From the NCBI RefSeq assembly GCF_016127575.1, contig NZ_CP066018.1, positions 3,990,001 through 4,022,000 of the forward strand: 32,000 nt of DNA. The letters are read 5' to 3'. Positions 8,287-16,635 of this stretch are shown here, piece after piece. This DNA is from Cupriavidus necator. Lineage in GTDB: Bacteria; Pseudomonadota; Gammaproteobacteria; Burkholderiales; Burkholderiaceae. The notes under the pieces are model-generated. The model was not told where the DNA came from and did no database searches. It worked only from the letters and a program-made list of their open reading frames with translations. The position numbers and the translations under genes were made by a program. Position 1 is the first letter of the stretch. Each line of letters starts with the position of its first letter.

Positions 8287-8913
8287 TTACCAGCCGGAAA
8301 TCGAGGACTTCGGCGGCGGCGGCGCGTAAGTGACGCCGCTGTTGGGCCTCATGTCGAACGGGGGGATCACCAGCACGCCCAGAGGGCGGATAAAGAACGG
8401 CAGCACGATGGCCGGGTTGAACGCGTCGGTCCAGGTGCCGCGCACGGCGCCGCTGGCGTCGATGCTGCCTTCCCAGTTGCCCGATACGCGGGTGCCGTCG
8501 TCGGACTCCTCCATCAGGAAGGCGCCGTCCTCCCACTCGCCTGCCAGCAGGCGCACACCGGCGCCACGGCCGGCGTATTCGCCACGCACGCTGTCGCGCT
8601 CGTCAGGCTTGGGGCCCAGGCGCAGCCGCACCGGCTGGTCGCCGACCTTGCCGACGTAGACCGGCAGCGACGCATATTCCGGCCGCGGCGCCAGGGGTTT
8701 TGGCGCGCCAGTGGAAAGCGAGGTGCCGCCGCGCCGGGCTTCGCCGTCGCGAATGGCCTGGTTGATGCCCAGGCCTTCGCCGCCGGCTGGCCCGGTGTTA
8801 ACCGGGCCGGTCGACAGCTCGGTCGCCGGCGCTGCCTGCGCCGTGCCCGCCAGCGCGAGCACGGCGGCCAGGCCGAGCGCGCAGAGGTTCTTCGTCAGCG
8901 AAGCAAGGCGCAA
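8287..8913 (-). CDS. Exported protein of unknown function, translationally coupled to bktB
   Basis: The TTG at 8913 gives (M)RLASLTKNLCALGLAAVLALAGTAQA/AP, a classical signal peptide. A GAGG SD overlaps the bktB stop (ctGAGGttagccTTG), leaving an 8-nt gap. I recognise no domain. The track's ATG at 8970 would overlap bktB. Confidence 0.65.
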   Translation of the reverse strand: MRLASLTKNLCALGLAAVLALAGTAQAAPATELSTGPVNTGPAGGEGLGINQAIRDGEARRGGTSLSTGAPKPLAPRPEYASLPVYVGKVGDQPVRLRLGPKPDERDSVRGEYAGRGAGVRLLAGEWEDGAFLMEESDDGTRVSGNWEGSIDASGAVRGTWTDAFNPAIVLPFFIRPLGVLVIPPFDMRPNSGVTYAPPPPKSSISGW

Positions 8914-8921
8914 GGCTAACC

Positions 8922-10106
8922 TCAGATACGCTCGAAGATGGCGGCAATGCCCTGCCCGCCGCCGATGCACATCGTCACCAGCGCGTAGCGGCCCTGCACG
9001 CGGTTCAGCTCATGCAGCGCCTTCACCGTGATCAGGGCACCGGTGGCGCCGATCGGGTGGCCCAGCGAGATGCCCGAGCCGTTCGGGTTAACCTTGGCCG
9101 GGTCCAGACCGAGCGCCTTGGTCACGGCGCACGCCTGTGCGGCAAAGGCTTCGTTGGCTTCGATCACGTCCAGGTCCGACACCTGCAGGCCGGCGCGCTC
9201 CAGCGCGATCTTCGTCGCCGGCACCGGGCCGATGCCCATGGCCTTCGGGTCCACGCCGGCATGGCCGTACGACACCAGGCGGGCCAGCGGCTTCAGGCCG
9301 CGGCGCTCGGCTTCGGCGCGCTCCATCATCACCACCGCGGCGGCGGCGTCGTTCAGGCCCGAGGCATTGCCGGCCGTGACCGTGCCGTTTTCCTTGACGA
9401 AGACCGGCCTGAGCTTGGTCATGTCGTCGATGGTGGCGTCATGGCGCACGTGCTCGTCGGTGTCGAAGGTCACGTCGCCCTTGCGGCCCTTGCTCACCAC
9501 CGGGACGATCTGGTCCTTGAAGTAGCCGGCCTTGATCGCTGCCGAAGCGCGGCGGTGCGATTCCAGCGCGGCCTCGTCCTGCTGCGCGCGCGAGATGTCG
9601 TATTCCTTGGCGACATTCTCGGCGGTCACGCCCATGTGGATGCGATGGAAGGGATCGTGCAGCGCACCCAGCATCATGTCGACCAGGCCGGCGTCGCCCA
9701 TGCGTGCGCCCCAGCGCGCTGCCGGCGCCAGGTACGGTGCGCGGCTCATGCTTTCCGCGCCGCCGCCGATGGCGACGTCGGTATCGCCCAGCAGGATGGT
9801 CTGCGCGGCGCTGACAATGGCCTGCAGGCCCGAGCCGCACAGGCGGTTCACGGTCAGCGCGGGGGCGTTGATCGTCACCCCGCCGTTGACGGCCGCGACG
9901 CGGCCCAGATACATGTCGCGCGGCTCGGTCTGGATCACGTTGCCGAATACCACGTGGCCGACATCGTCGCCCGACACCTGCGCGCGCGCCAGCGCCTCGC
10001 GCACCACCAGTGCGCCCAGCTCCGCCGGTGCCACATCCTTCAGGCTGCCGCCAAAGGTCCCGATCGCGGTACGGACACCGCTTACCACTACCACTTCACG
10101 CGTCAT
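8922..10106 (-). CDS. bktB: Beta-ketothiolase BktB (acetyl-CoA C-acyltransferase)
   Basis: The 394-aa translation (MTREVVVVSGVRTAIGTFGGSLKDVAPAELGALVVREALARAQV...NRLCGSG...CIGGGQGIAAIFERI) matches C. necator BktB as I recall it. The thiolase catalytic Cys, His and Cys motifs are present. Confidence 0.95.
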   Translation of the reverse strand: MTREVVVVSGVRTAIGTFGGSLKDVAPAELGALVVREALARAQVSGDDVGHVVFGNVIQTEPRDMYLGRVAAVNGGVTINAPALTVNRLCGSGLQAIVSAAQTILLGDTDVAIGGGAESMSRAPYLAPAARWGARMGDAGLVDMMLGALHDPFHRIHMGVTAENVAKEYDISRAQQDEAALESHRRASAAIKAGYFKDQIVPVVSKGRKGDVTFDTDEHVRHDATIDDMTKLRPVFVKENGTVTAGNASGLNDAAAAVVMMERAEAERRGLKPLARLVSYGHAGVDPKAMGIGPVPATKIALERAGLQVSDLDVIEANEAFAAQACAVTKALGLDPAKVNPNGSGISLGHPIGATGALITVKALHELNRVQGRYALVTMCIGGGQGIAAIFERI

Positions 10107-10140
10107 GACTTTGTCTCCATGAGGTTATGTTGCACCGCAC

Positions 10141-10168
10141 AGTATAGCGGGACGCGGACGAAATCGAA
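10141..10168 (-). promoter_or_regulatory. Candidate sigma70 promoter for bktB (-35 TTCGAT, 16 nt, -10 TATACT)
   Basis: Read on the minus strand in the 91-bp rimO-bktB spacer. The bktB ATG is preceded by GGAGA. The call rests on motifs only. Confidence 0.3.
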
Positions 10169-10197
10169 CGAGCGTACTTTTACCTAATCAACCCGTT

Positions 10198-11577
10198 TCA
10201 GACCGCGCCCCACAGGTCGTGGCCATCGGCGCCGGTGATCTTCACGTCGACGAACTCGCCGGCGCGATAGCGCTGGGCGTGGCGTTCCGGCGGCGCGATA
10301 TAGACGAGGCCGTCGATTTCCGGCGCATCCGCGGACGAACGGCCGATGCCGCCATCCTGGTTGACCTCGTCCACCAGCACGCGCAGGGTCTGGCCGACCT
10401 TGCGCTGCAGGCGGCGCGCCGAGACCTCTTCGGCCACTTCCATGAAGCGGGCGCGGCGTTCCTCGCGCACCTCGTCGGGCAGCGCGCCCGGCAGGTCATT
10501 GGCGGTGGCGCCCTCCACCGGCGAGTAGGCGAAGCAGCCGACGCGGTCCAGTTCGGCTTCGGCGATAAAGTCGAGCAGGGTCTGGAACTCCGCCTCGGTC
10601 TCGCCCGGGAAGCCGGCGATAAAGGTGCTGCGGATGGTCAGCTCAGGGCAGATCTCGCGCCAGGCGCGGATGCGGTCCATGGTCTTCTCGGCATTGGCCG
10701 GGCGCTTCATGCGCTTGAGCACGTCCGGGTGCGCGTGCTGCAGCGGCACATCGAGGTACGGCAGCACATGGCCCTGCGACATCAGCGGGATGATCTCGTC
10801 GACGTGCGGGTACGGGTAGACATAATGCAGGCGCACCCAGGCACCGTACTGCGCGGCCAGCTCGCCCAGCGCCGCCACCAGCTCGGTCATGCGGGTCTTG
10901 AGCGGGCGGCCGTTCCAGAAGCCGGTGCGGTACTTGACGTCGACGCCATAGGCACTGGTGTCCTGCGAGATCACCAGCAGCTCCTTGACGCCGGCCTTGA
11001 ACAGGTTCTCGGCCTCCAGCATGACCTCGGCCACCGGGCGCGACACCAGGTCGCCGCGCATCGACGGGATGATGCAGAACGAGCAACGGTGGTTGCAGCC
11101 CTCGGAAATCTTCAGGTAGGCGTAATGCTTGGGCGTCAGCTTGATGCCGGCGGCCGGCACCAGGTCGGTGAACGGGTCATGCGGCTTGGGCAGGTGCGTG
11201 TGCACCGCCTGCATCACCTCGCCCAGCGCATGCGGGCCGGTCACGGCCAGCACCTTGGGGTGCACCGACGACACGATGTCGTGGCCCGCCGCATCCTTCT
11301 TCGCACCCAGGCAGCCGGTAACGATGACCTTGCCGTTCTCGGTCAGGGCCTCGCCGATGGCGTCCAGGCTCTCCTGCACGGCCTCGTCGATAAAGCCGCA
11401 GGTATTGACCACGACCAGGTCAGCGCCGTCATAGGTGCCGCTGATGGCATAGCCCTCGGCGCGCAGCTGGGTGATGATCTGCTCGGAGTCGACCAGGGCC
11501 TTGGGGCAGCCAAGGGAAACGAATCCCACACGCGGACTATGGTCTTTCTGGGTCGTTGATTCTGAAGGGTTTTTCAC
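10198..11577 (-). CDS. rimO: Ribosomal protein S12 methylthiotransferase RimO (radical SAM, MiaB family)
   Basis: Collinear with E. coli RimO ([56 protein letters not shown]-terminal TRAM domain). The start is uncertain. GTG at 11577 is chosen because the upstream part of the ORF uses atypical A/T-ending codons, but no clear SD precedes it. Confidence 0.85.
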   Translation of the reverse strand: MKNPSESTTQKDHSPRVGFVSLGCPKALVDSEQIITQLRAEGYAISGTYDGADLVVVNTCGFIDEAVQESLDAIGEALTENGKVIVTGCLGAKKDAAGHDIVSSVHPKVLAVTGPHALGEVMQAVHTHLPKPHDPFTDLVPAAGIKLTPKHYAYLKISEGCNHRCSFCIIPSMRGDLVSRPVAEVMLEAENLFKAGVKELLVISQDTSAYGVDVKYRTGFWNGRPLKTRMTELVAALGELAAQYGAWVRLHYVYPYPHVDEIIPLMSQGHVLPYLDVPLQHAHPDVLKRMKRPANAEKTMDRIRAWREICPELTIRSTFIAGFPGETEAEFQTLLDFIAEAELDRVGCFAYSPVEGATANDLPGALPDEVREERRARFMEVAEEVSARRLQRKVGQTLRVLVDEVNQDGGIGRSSADAPEIDGLVYIAPPERHAQRYRAGEFVDVKITGADGHDLWGAV

Positions 11578-11711
11578 AGTGCAATCCGAATGTGGGGGCG
11601 GGCGCGGCGAATATGCGGGGACAAGGCCGGCAGCCGGTGAGCCAATCGCGCATTTTAACCGTTTGCCATGAATTCTCGGCGCCTGACACCATACATGTGG
11701 CCCAGGCTGCG

Positions 11712-12680
11712 TCATTCCGGCGCGGTCGCGGCTCCCGGCAGGCCTTCCAGGACCCGCTCTATCTCCAGCGAGTCCTGCATGCGCCGGATGGCCGCATGCA
11801 GTTCGGCGGCCTGTGGCCAGGTCCGCTTGAGATAGCTGAGCCACAGTTTCACGCGCCCATGCTCATGGCACGACGCGATACGGGCATGCAGCTTTTTCAG
11901 GTAGGTGGCGATCTGGCGCAGCACCAGCGGCCACTCCTGGTCCGACGGCGAACCGTCCATCAGCCCGCGAATGCGCAAGGCCAGGAAAGGATCGGACACG
12001 GCGCCGCGCCCGATCATCACGTCGGCGCAACCGCTGACGGCCCGGCAACGCTCCCAGTCGGCGACGGTCCAGACATCTCCGTTGGCAATCACCGGCACGT
12101 CCACCGCCGCCGCAATGCGCGCGATCCAGTCCCAGTGGGCCGGCGGCCGGTAGCCATGGTCCCGCGTCCGGGCATGCACGACGAGCGAAGCCGCGCCGCC
12201 TTCGGCCAGCGCCGTGGCGCAATCAATGGCCAGCGAGGCATCGGAAACGCCCAGCCGCATTTTTGCCGTCACGGCGATATGGGCCGGCACCGCCGCGCGC
12301 ACGGACGCGACGATCCGGTTCAACAACTCAGGATTCGTCAGCAGCATGGCACCGCCGCCATGCCGGTTGACGACCTTGGCGGGGCAGCCGAAGTTCAGGT
12401 CGATGCCATGCGGCGACAAGGTCGCGGCATAGGCGGCATTGCGCGCCAGCCATTCCGGATCGCTGCCGAGCAACTGGATCACCATCGGCGTGCCGCTGCG
12501 GGTATAGCCGCCGGCGAGGATTTCGGGCGTTTCGCGCTCGTAGACGCGGGCGGGAAGCAACGAACCGGTCACCCGGACGAACTCGGACACACAGCCGTCG
12601 TAGCCGCCAGTGTCGGTCAGCACGTCGCGCAAGACGTAGTCGGCAAGCCCTTCCATGGGGGCCAGGAACAGCCGGCTCAT
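11712..12680 (-). CDS. dusC: tRNA-dihydrouridine synthase, DusC-like
   Basis: 322 aa. [22 protein letters not shown]...EFVRV...[19 protein letters not shown]...VHARTRD.GY...IANGDVW...[10 protein letters not shown] parallels E. coli DusC along its full length. Confidence 0.85.
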   Translation of the reverse strand: MSRLFLAPMEGLADYVLRDVLTDTGGYDGCVSEFVRVTGSLLPARVYERETPEILAGGYTRSGTPMVIQLLGSDPEWLARNAAYAATLSPHGIDLNFGCPAKVVNRHGGGAMLLTNPELLNRIVASVRAAVPAHIAVTAKMRLGVSDASLAIDCATALAEGGAASLVVHARTRDHGYRPPAHWDWIARIAAAVDVPVIANGDVWTVADWERCRAVSGCADVMIGRGAVSDPFLALRIRGLMDGSPSDQEWPLVLRQIATYLKKLHARIASCHEHGRVKLWLSYLKRTWPQAAELHAAIRRMQDSLEIERVLEGLPGAATAPE

Positions 12681-12886
12681 GGCGAAGCCTTCATCGAAGC
12701 AGAGAGCCGGGCCTTAAGGGGCGGACGAGCATATTGGATAACGGAGGGCATGGGTTTTCGCGCACAAAAGGCGAGTCCACACTGAGCCGCCGCTGGAGAG
12801 AGTTGCGTGATTGCGTGCGCCCGGGGACGCAGACCGCGCATTCTACCTGCTTTGCATCAGCACGGTTTTCAGGGATCGGCGATTCT

Positions 12887-12914
12887 CTTACCGTAGCCCA
12901 CAGGCTACGGTAAG
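12887..12914 (+). promoter_or_regulatory. Perfect 12-bp inverted repeat (CTTACCGTAGCC-caca-GGCTACGGTAAG) abutting the toxin start codon; candidate TA operator or RBS-sequestering hairpin
   Basis: Read directly: 12887-12898 is the reverse complement of 12903-12914. The right arm contains the only SD-like purines (TAAGG), 2 nt before ATG 12917. Confidence 0.55.
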
Positions 12915-12916
12915 GT

Positions 12917-13216
12917 ATGCTCAGCATCCGGACAACCCAAATTTCCGACCGCTGGTATTCGGCCTTGCGCGACCACGTCGCCAGGATTCGCATCCAGGTC
13001 CGCGTCGACCGCTTACTGAACGGGAATCCCGGCGACGCTAAAGCCCTTGGCGGTGGAGTCAGCGAAATGCGCGTGGACCACGGCCCGGGCTACCGCATCT
13101 ACTTTCAGCAACGCGGCCAGGTAATTGTGATCCTGCTCTGCGGAGGCAACAAGTCGACCCAGCACGCTGATATCGAAAGAGCACGCAGTCTGGCGGCCAA
13201 TCTTGATCTGGAGTGA
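12917..13216 (+). CDS. Type II toxin, 'addiction module killer' protein (RelE/ParE superfamily, HigB-like)
   Basis: 99 aa. ...VRVDRLLNGNPGDAKALGGGVSEMRVDHGPGYRIYFQQRGQVIVILLCGGNKSTQHADIERA... matches the conserved pattern of this killer-protein family as I recall it. The toxin-first gene order matches higBA. Confidence 0.8.
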   Translation: MLSIRTTQISDRWYSALRDHVARIRIQVRVDRLLNGNPGDAKALGGGVSEMRVDHGPGYRIYFQQRGQVIVILLCGGNKSTQHADIERARSLAANLDLE

Positions 13217-13219
13217 GCC

Positions 13220-13510
13220 ATGAAGGAACCAACCCGCCCCTGGGACTCCGCCGAGCATCTGAGGAACGATCAGGAGATCGCCGCCTACCTGGATGCCTGC
13301 CTGGCCGAGGCCGGCGACGACGATCGATTCATTGCCTACGCACTCGGGGTGGTGGCGCGTGCGCGCGGCATGACGCGACTGGCCCGCGAAACGGGCCTTT
13401 CGCGCGAAAGCCTCTACCGCTCGCTCTCAGGCGAAGGCAATCCGGAGTTCGGGACGATCTGGAAGGTGATGCGGGCGCTGGGCATCCGCCTGCATGCGAG
13501 CGCTGGCTGA
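13220..13510 (+). CDS. Type II antitoxin, HTH 'addiction module antidote' protein (HigA/XRE-like)
   Basis: 96 aa, starting 3 nt after the toxin stop, with GGAG 6 nt upstream. The HTH segment LARETGLSRESLYRSLSGEGNPEFGTIWKVMRALG is typical of the cognate antidote family. Confidence 0.8.
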   Translation: MKEPTRPWDSAEHLRNDQEIAAYLDACLAEAGDDDRFIAYALGVVARARGMTRLARETGLSRESLYRSLSGEGNPEFGTIWKVMRALGIRLHASAG

Positions 13511-13533
13511 GTGCCAGCCAGCGTGCGGGATAT

Positions 13534-13556
13534 GCGGCGGGTGTAGCGCCCGCCGC
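13534..13556. terminator. GC-rich hairpin between the convergent antitoxin and phaR genes (possible weak bidirectional terminator)
   Basis: GCGGCGGG-tgtagcg-CCCGCCGC, an 8-bp stem with no flanking T or A runs. It is the only structure in the 56-bp convergent spacer. Confidence 0.3.
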
Positions 13557-13566
13557 TGCCAGTGTC

Positions 13567-14118
13567 TTACTTCTTGTCCGGCTGGTTGAACGGGAACGTC
13601 CCGAACATATTTTTGGCCTGGCTTTGCATCTGCTCCTGCATCTGCACGAACAGGTTCTTGCTCTGCTCGATGTAGTTGCTCATCATGCCCTGCATCATCG
13701 GGCCCTGCATGTTCATGAACTGCGACCACATGTCGGGGCTGAAGGTTTCGCCGGAATACAGGCCCTTGGAGTTCTCGGCCAGCTTGTTCTGGATGTCGAT
13801 GAAGGCCTGGATGTTCTTTTCCAGGTAGGTGCCCATCATGCCCTGCATGGCATGGCCGTAGAAGCGGATGATCTGCGACAGCATCGCGCTGGAGAACATC
13901 GGCACGCCGCCCGTTTCTTCTTCCAGGATGATCTGCAGCAAGATGCTGCGGGTCAGTTCGTCACCAGACTTGGCGTCGACGACCTTGAATTCTTCTGAAT
14001 CCATGACCAGCTGCTTGACGTCGGCCAGGGTGATGTAGGTGCTGGTCTGGGTGTCGTAGAGCCTACGGTTCGGATACTTTTTGATCAGTCGCTCTGCGCC
14101 TTTTTTGGTCGTGGCCAT
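13567..14118 (-). CDS. phaR: PHA synthesis repressor PhaR
   Basis: The 183-aa translation MATTKKGAERLIKKYPNRRLYDTQTSTYITLADVKQLV... matches C. necator PhaR as I recall it. Confidence 0.95.
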   Translation of the reverse strand: MATTKKGAERLIKKYPNRRLYDTQTSTYITLADVKQLVMDSEEFKVVDAKSGDELTRSILLQIILEEETGGVPMFSSAMLSQIIRFYGHAMQGMMGTYLEKNIQAFIDIQNKLAENSKGLYSGETFSPDMWSQFMNMQGPMMQGMMSNYIEQSKNLFVQMQEQMQSQAKNMFGTFPFNQPDKK

Positions 14119-14145
14119 CGGTGCTCTGTCCTTGTGTCATCGCTG

Positions 14146-14184
14146 TTTGCGCGCTGCTGCACCGCATGGGGTGCAGTGCGCAAA
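14146..14184. promoter_or_regulatory. Nested inverted repeat 28-66 bp upstream of the phaR start (candidate operator or leader hairpin)
   Basis: TTTGCGC-gctg-CTGCACC-gcatgg-GGTGCAG-t-GCGCAAA. The inner 7-bp arms and the outer 7-bp arms are both exact reverse complements. Confidence 0.4.
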
Positions 14185-14424
14185 TCGGTATCGCCCGCGC
14201 CATCTGCTTGTTGTCGTGCCGGCCATCTGGTGGCCCGTTCGCGCATGGCTGCGCGTGGCGGCCTGCAGCCTCGCCCCCGCGAGGGCCGCGCTGCACGAAC
14301 ATGGTGCTGGCTGCGCCGCTGCCCTGATTCTATGCCCAACAAGGCACTAAGAAAAGCGACGGGGCTTAAGGAAAACCCGGTGAATTGGCGCAAAAAGCGA
14401 GGAATGCCGCGCGGGCAGAAACGA

Positions 14425-14449
14425 TTCGCGGGCCTTGACGGCCCGCGAA
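14425..14449 (-). terminator. Terminator hairpin downstream of phaB (end of the phaCAB operon)
   Basis: TTCGCGGGCC-ttgac-GGCCCGCGAA is a perfect 10-bp stem. On the minus strand it is followed by TCGTTTCTG. A second, imperfect GC hairpin lies at about 14452-14480. Confidence 0.6.
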
Positions 14450-14554
14450 ACGGGCGGCGAAACGAAACGCCCGCCGCCTTGTGCGCCGCGCTGGCTGCAC
14501 CGCAATACGCGGGCGCCAGCGCCGGCTGCCGACTGGTTGAACCAGGCCGGCAGG

Positions 14555-15295
14555 TCAGCCCATATGCAGGCCGCCGTTGAGCGAGAAGTCGGCGCCGGTC
14601 GAGAAACCGGACTCCTCCGACGACAACCAGGCGCAGATCGAGGCGATCTCTTCCGGCAGGCCCAGGCGCTTGACCGGGATCGTCGCGACGATCTTGTCGA
14701 GCACGTCCTGGCGGATCGCCTTGACCATGTCGGTGGCGATATAGCCCGGAGAGACCGTGTTGACGGTCACGCCCTTGGTCGCCACTTCCTGCGCCAGTGC
14801 CATGGTGAAGCCATGCAGGCCGGCCTTGGCGGTGGAGTAGTTGGTCTGGCCGAACTGGCCCTTCTGCCCGTTCACCGACGAGATGTTGACGATGCGGCCC
14901 CAGCCACGGTCGGCCATGCCGTCGATCACCTGCTTGGTGACGTTGAACAGCGAGGTCAGGTTGGTGTCGATCACCGCATCCCAGTCGGCGCGGGTCATCT
15001 TGCGGAACACCACGTCGCGGGTGATACCGGCGTTGTTGATCAGCACATCAACCTCGCCGACCTCGGACTTGACCTTGTCGAATGCGGTCTTGGTCGAGTC
15101 CCAGTCAGCCACATTGCCTTCCGAGGCAATGAAATCGAAGCCCAGGGCCTTCTGCTGCTCCAGCCACTTTTCGCGGCGCGGCGAGTTGGGGCCGCAACCG
15201 GCCACCACACGAAAGCCATCCTTGGCCAGCCGCTGGCAAATGGCGGTTCCGATACCACCCATGCCGCCGGTCACATACGCAATGCGCTGAGTCAT
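14555..15295 (-). CDS. phaB: NADPH-dependent acetoacetyl-CoA reductase PhaB
   Basis: 246 aa from ATG 15295 (MTQRIAYVTGGMGGIGTAICQRL...GGLHMG), with AAGGAG upstream. SDR Rossmann TGxxxGIG and YSTAK motifs are present. It matches C. necator PhaB1 as I recall it. The longer track start at 15418 is rejected. Confidence 0.95.
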   Translation of the reverse strand: MTQRIAYVTGGMGGIGTAICQRLAKDGFRVVAGCGPNSPRREKWLEQQKALGFDFIASEGNVADWDSTKTAFDKVKSEVGEVDVLINNAGITRDVVFRKMTRADWDAVIDTNLTSLFNVTKQVIDGMADRGWGRIVNISSVNGQKGQFGQTNYSTAKAGLHGFTMALAQEVATKGVTVNTVSPGYIATDMVKAIRQDVLDKIVATIPVKRLGLPEEIASICAWLSSEESGFSTGADFSLNGGLHMG

Positions 15296-15369
15296 GTCCA
15301 CTCCTTGATTGGCTTCGTTATCGTCGCCGGGTCCGCGCCAACCGCGCGCGGCCCCGGAAAACCCCTTCC

Positions 15370-16551
15370 TTATTTGCGCTCGACTGCCAGCGCCACGCCC
15401 ATGCCGCCGCCGATGCACAGCGAGGCCAGGCCCTTCTTCGCGTCACGGCGCTTCATCTCGTGCAGCAGCGTCACCAGGATACGGCAGCCCGACGCGCCGA
15501 TCGGGTGGCCGATGGCGATGGCGCCGCCGTTCACATTGACCTTGGAGGTGTCCCAGCCCATCTGCTGGTGCACCGCCAGCGCCTGCGCGGCAAAGGCCTC
15601 GTTGATCTCCATCAGGTCCAGGTCTTGCGGGGTCCACTCGGCGCGCGACAGGGCGCGCTTGGAGGCCGGCACCGGGCCCATGCCCATCACCTTGGGATCG
15701 ACACCGGCGTTGGCATAGCTCTTGATCGTGGCCAGCGGGGTCAGGCCCAGTTCCTTGGCCTTGGCCGCCGACATCACCACCACCGCGGCGGCGCCGTCGT
15801 TCAGGCCCGAGGCGTTGGCCGCGGTCACCGTGCCGGCCTTGTCGAAGGCGGGCTTGAGGCCGGACATGCTGTCCAGCGTGGCGCCCTGGCGCACGAACTC
15901 GTCGGTCTTGAAGGCCACCGGGTCGCCCTTGCGCTGCGGGATCAGCACCGGGACGATCTCTTCGTCAAACTTGCCGGCCTTCTGCGCGGCTTCGGCCTTG
16001 TTCTGCGAGCCGACGGCGAACTCATCCTGCGCCTCGCGTGTGATGCCGTATTCCTTGGCCACGTTCTCGGCGGTGATGCCCATGTGGTACTGGTTGTACA
16101 CGTCCCACAGGCCGTCGACGATCATGGTGTCGACCAGCTTGGCATCGCCCATGCGGAAACCATCGCGCGAGCCCGGCAGCACGTGCGGGGCGGCGCTCAT
16201 GTTTTCCTGGCCGCCGGCCACCACGATCTCGGCGTCGCCCGCCATGATCGCGTTGGCGGCCAGCATCACGGCCTTCAGGCCCGAGCCGCACACCTTGTTG
16301 ATGGTCATGGCCGGCACCATCGCCGGCAGGCCGGCCTTGATCGCGGCCTGGCGTGCGGGGTTCTGGCCCGAACCGGCGGTCAGCACCTGGCCCATGATGA
16401 CTTCGCTCACCTGCTCCGGCTTGACGCCGGCGCGCTCCAGCGCGGCCTTGATGACCACGGCACCCAGTTCCGGTGCCGGGATCTTGGCCAGCGAGCCGCC
16501 AAACTTGCCGACCGCGGTGCGGGCGGCGGATACGATGACAACGTCAGTCAT
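15370..16551 (-). CDS. phaA: Acetyl-CoA acetyltransferase (beta-ketothiolase) PhaA
   Basis: 393 aa, [43 protein letters not shown]...[15 protein letters not shown]. It matches C. necator PhaA as I recall it. Confidence 0.95.
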   Translation of the reverse strand: MTDVVIVSAARTAVGKFGGSLAKIPAPELGAVVIKAALERAGVKPEQVSEVIMGQVLTAGSGQNPARQAAIKAGLPAMVPAMTINKVCGSGLKAVMLAANAIMAGDAEIVVAGGQENMSAAPHVLPGSRDGFRMGDAKLVDTMIVDGLWDVYNQYHMGITAENVAKEYGITREAQDEFAVGSQNKAEAAQKAGKFDEEIVPVLIPQRKGDPVAFKTDEFVRQGATLDSMSGLKPAFDKAGTVTAANASGLNDGAAAVVVMSAAKAKELGLTPLATIKSYANAGVDPKVMGMGPVPASKRALSRAEWTPQDLDLMEINEAFAAQALAVHQQMGWDTSKVNVNGGAIAIGHPIGASGCRILVTLLHEMKRRDAKKGLASLCIGGGMGVALAVERK

Positions 16552-16635
16552 TGTGTAGTCCTTTCAATGGAAACGGGAGGGAACCTGCAGGCCTGCCGGC
16601 GCCGTGCATGACGCACGCCGGCACTCATGCAAGCG

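Noticed and set aside
8227-8292. 10-nt direct repeat GCTTACCAGC (about 8227 and about 8284) downstream of the exported-protein gene
   Set aside because: It is too short to be significant and has no associated structure or coding feature.
11578-11844. Upstream extension of rimO, including an ATG at 11715 that forms an ATGA overlap with the dusC stop
   Set aside because: The ATGA overlap is tempting as evidence of translational coupling. However, the roughly 46 extra codons use many rare A/T-ending codons (gta, aga, tta, tca, att, cat, tat). They would also add about 50 residues ahead of the conserved RimO N-terminus. I consider this stretch a non-coding spacer, and the rimO start remains uncertain.
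14063-14580. ORFs of 79-148 aa in the phaB-phaR spacer (14063-14302, 14085-14393 and 14134-14580)
   Set aside because: They overlap the phaR start or the phaB terminator hairpins. They have no SD and an Arg/Ala/Pro-rich composition, and are most likely non-coding.
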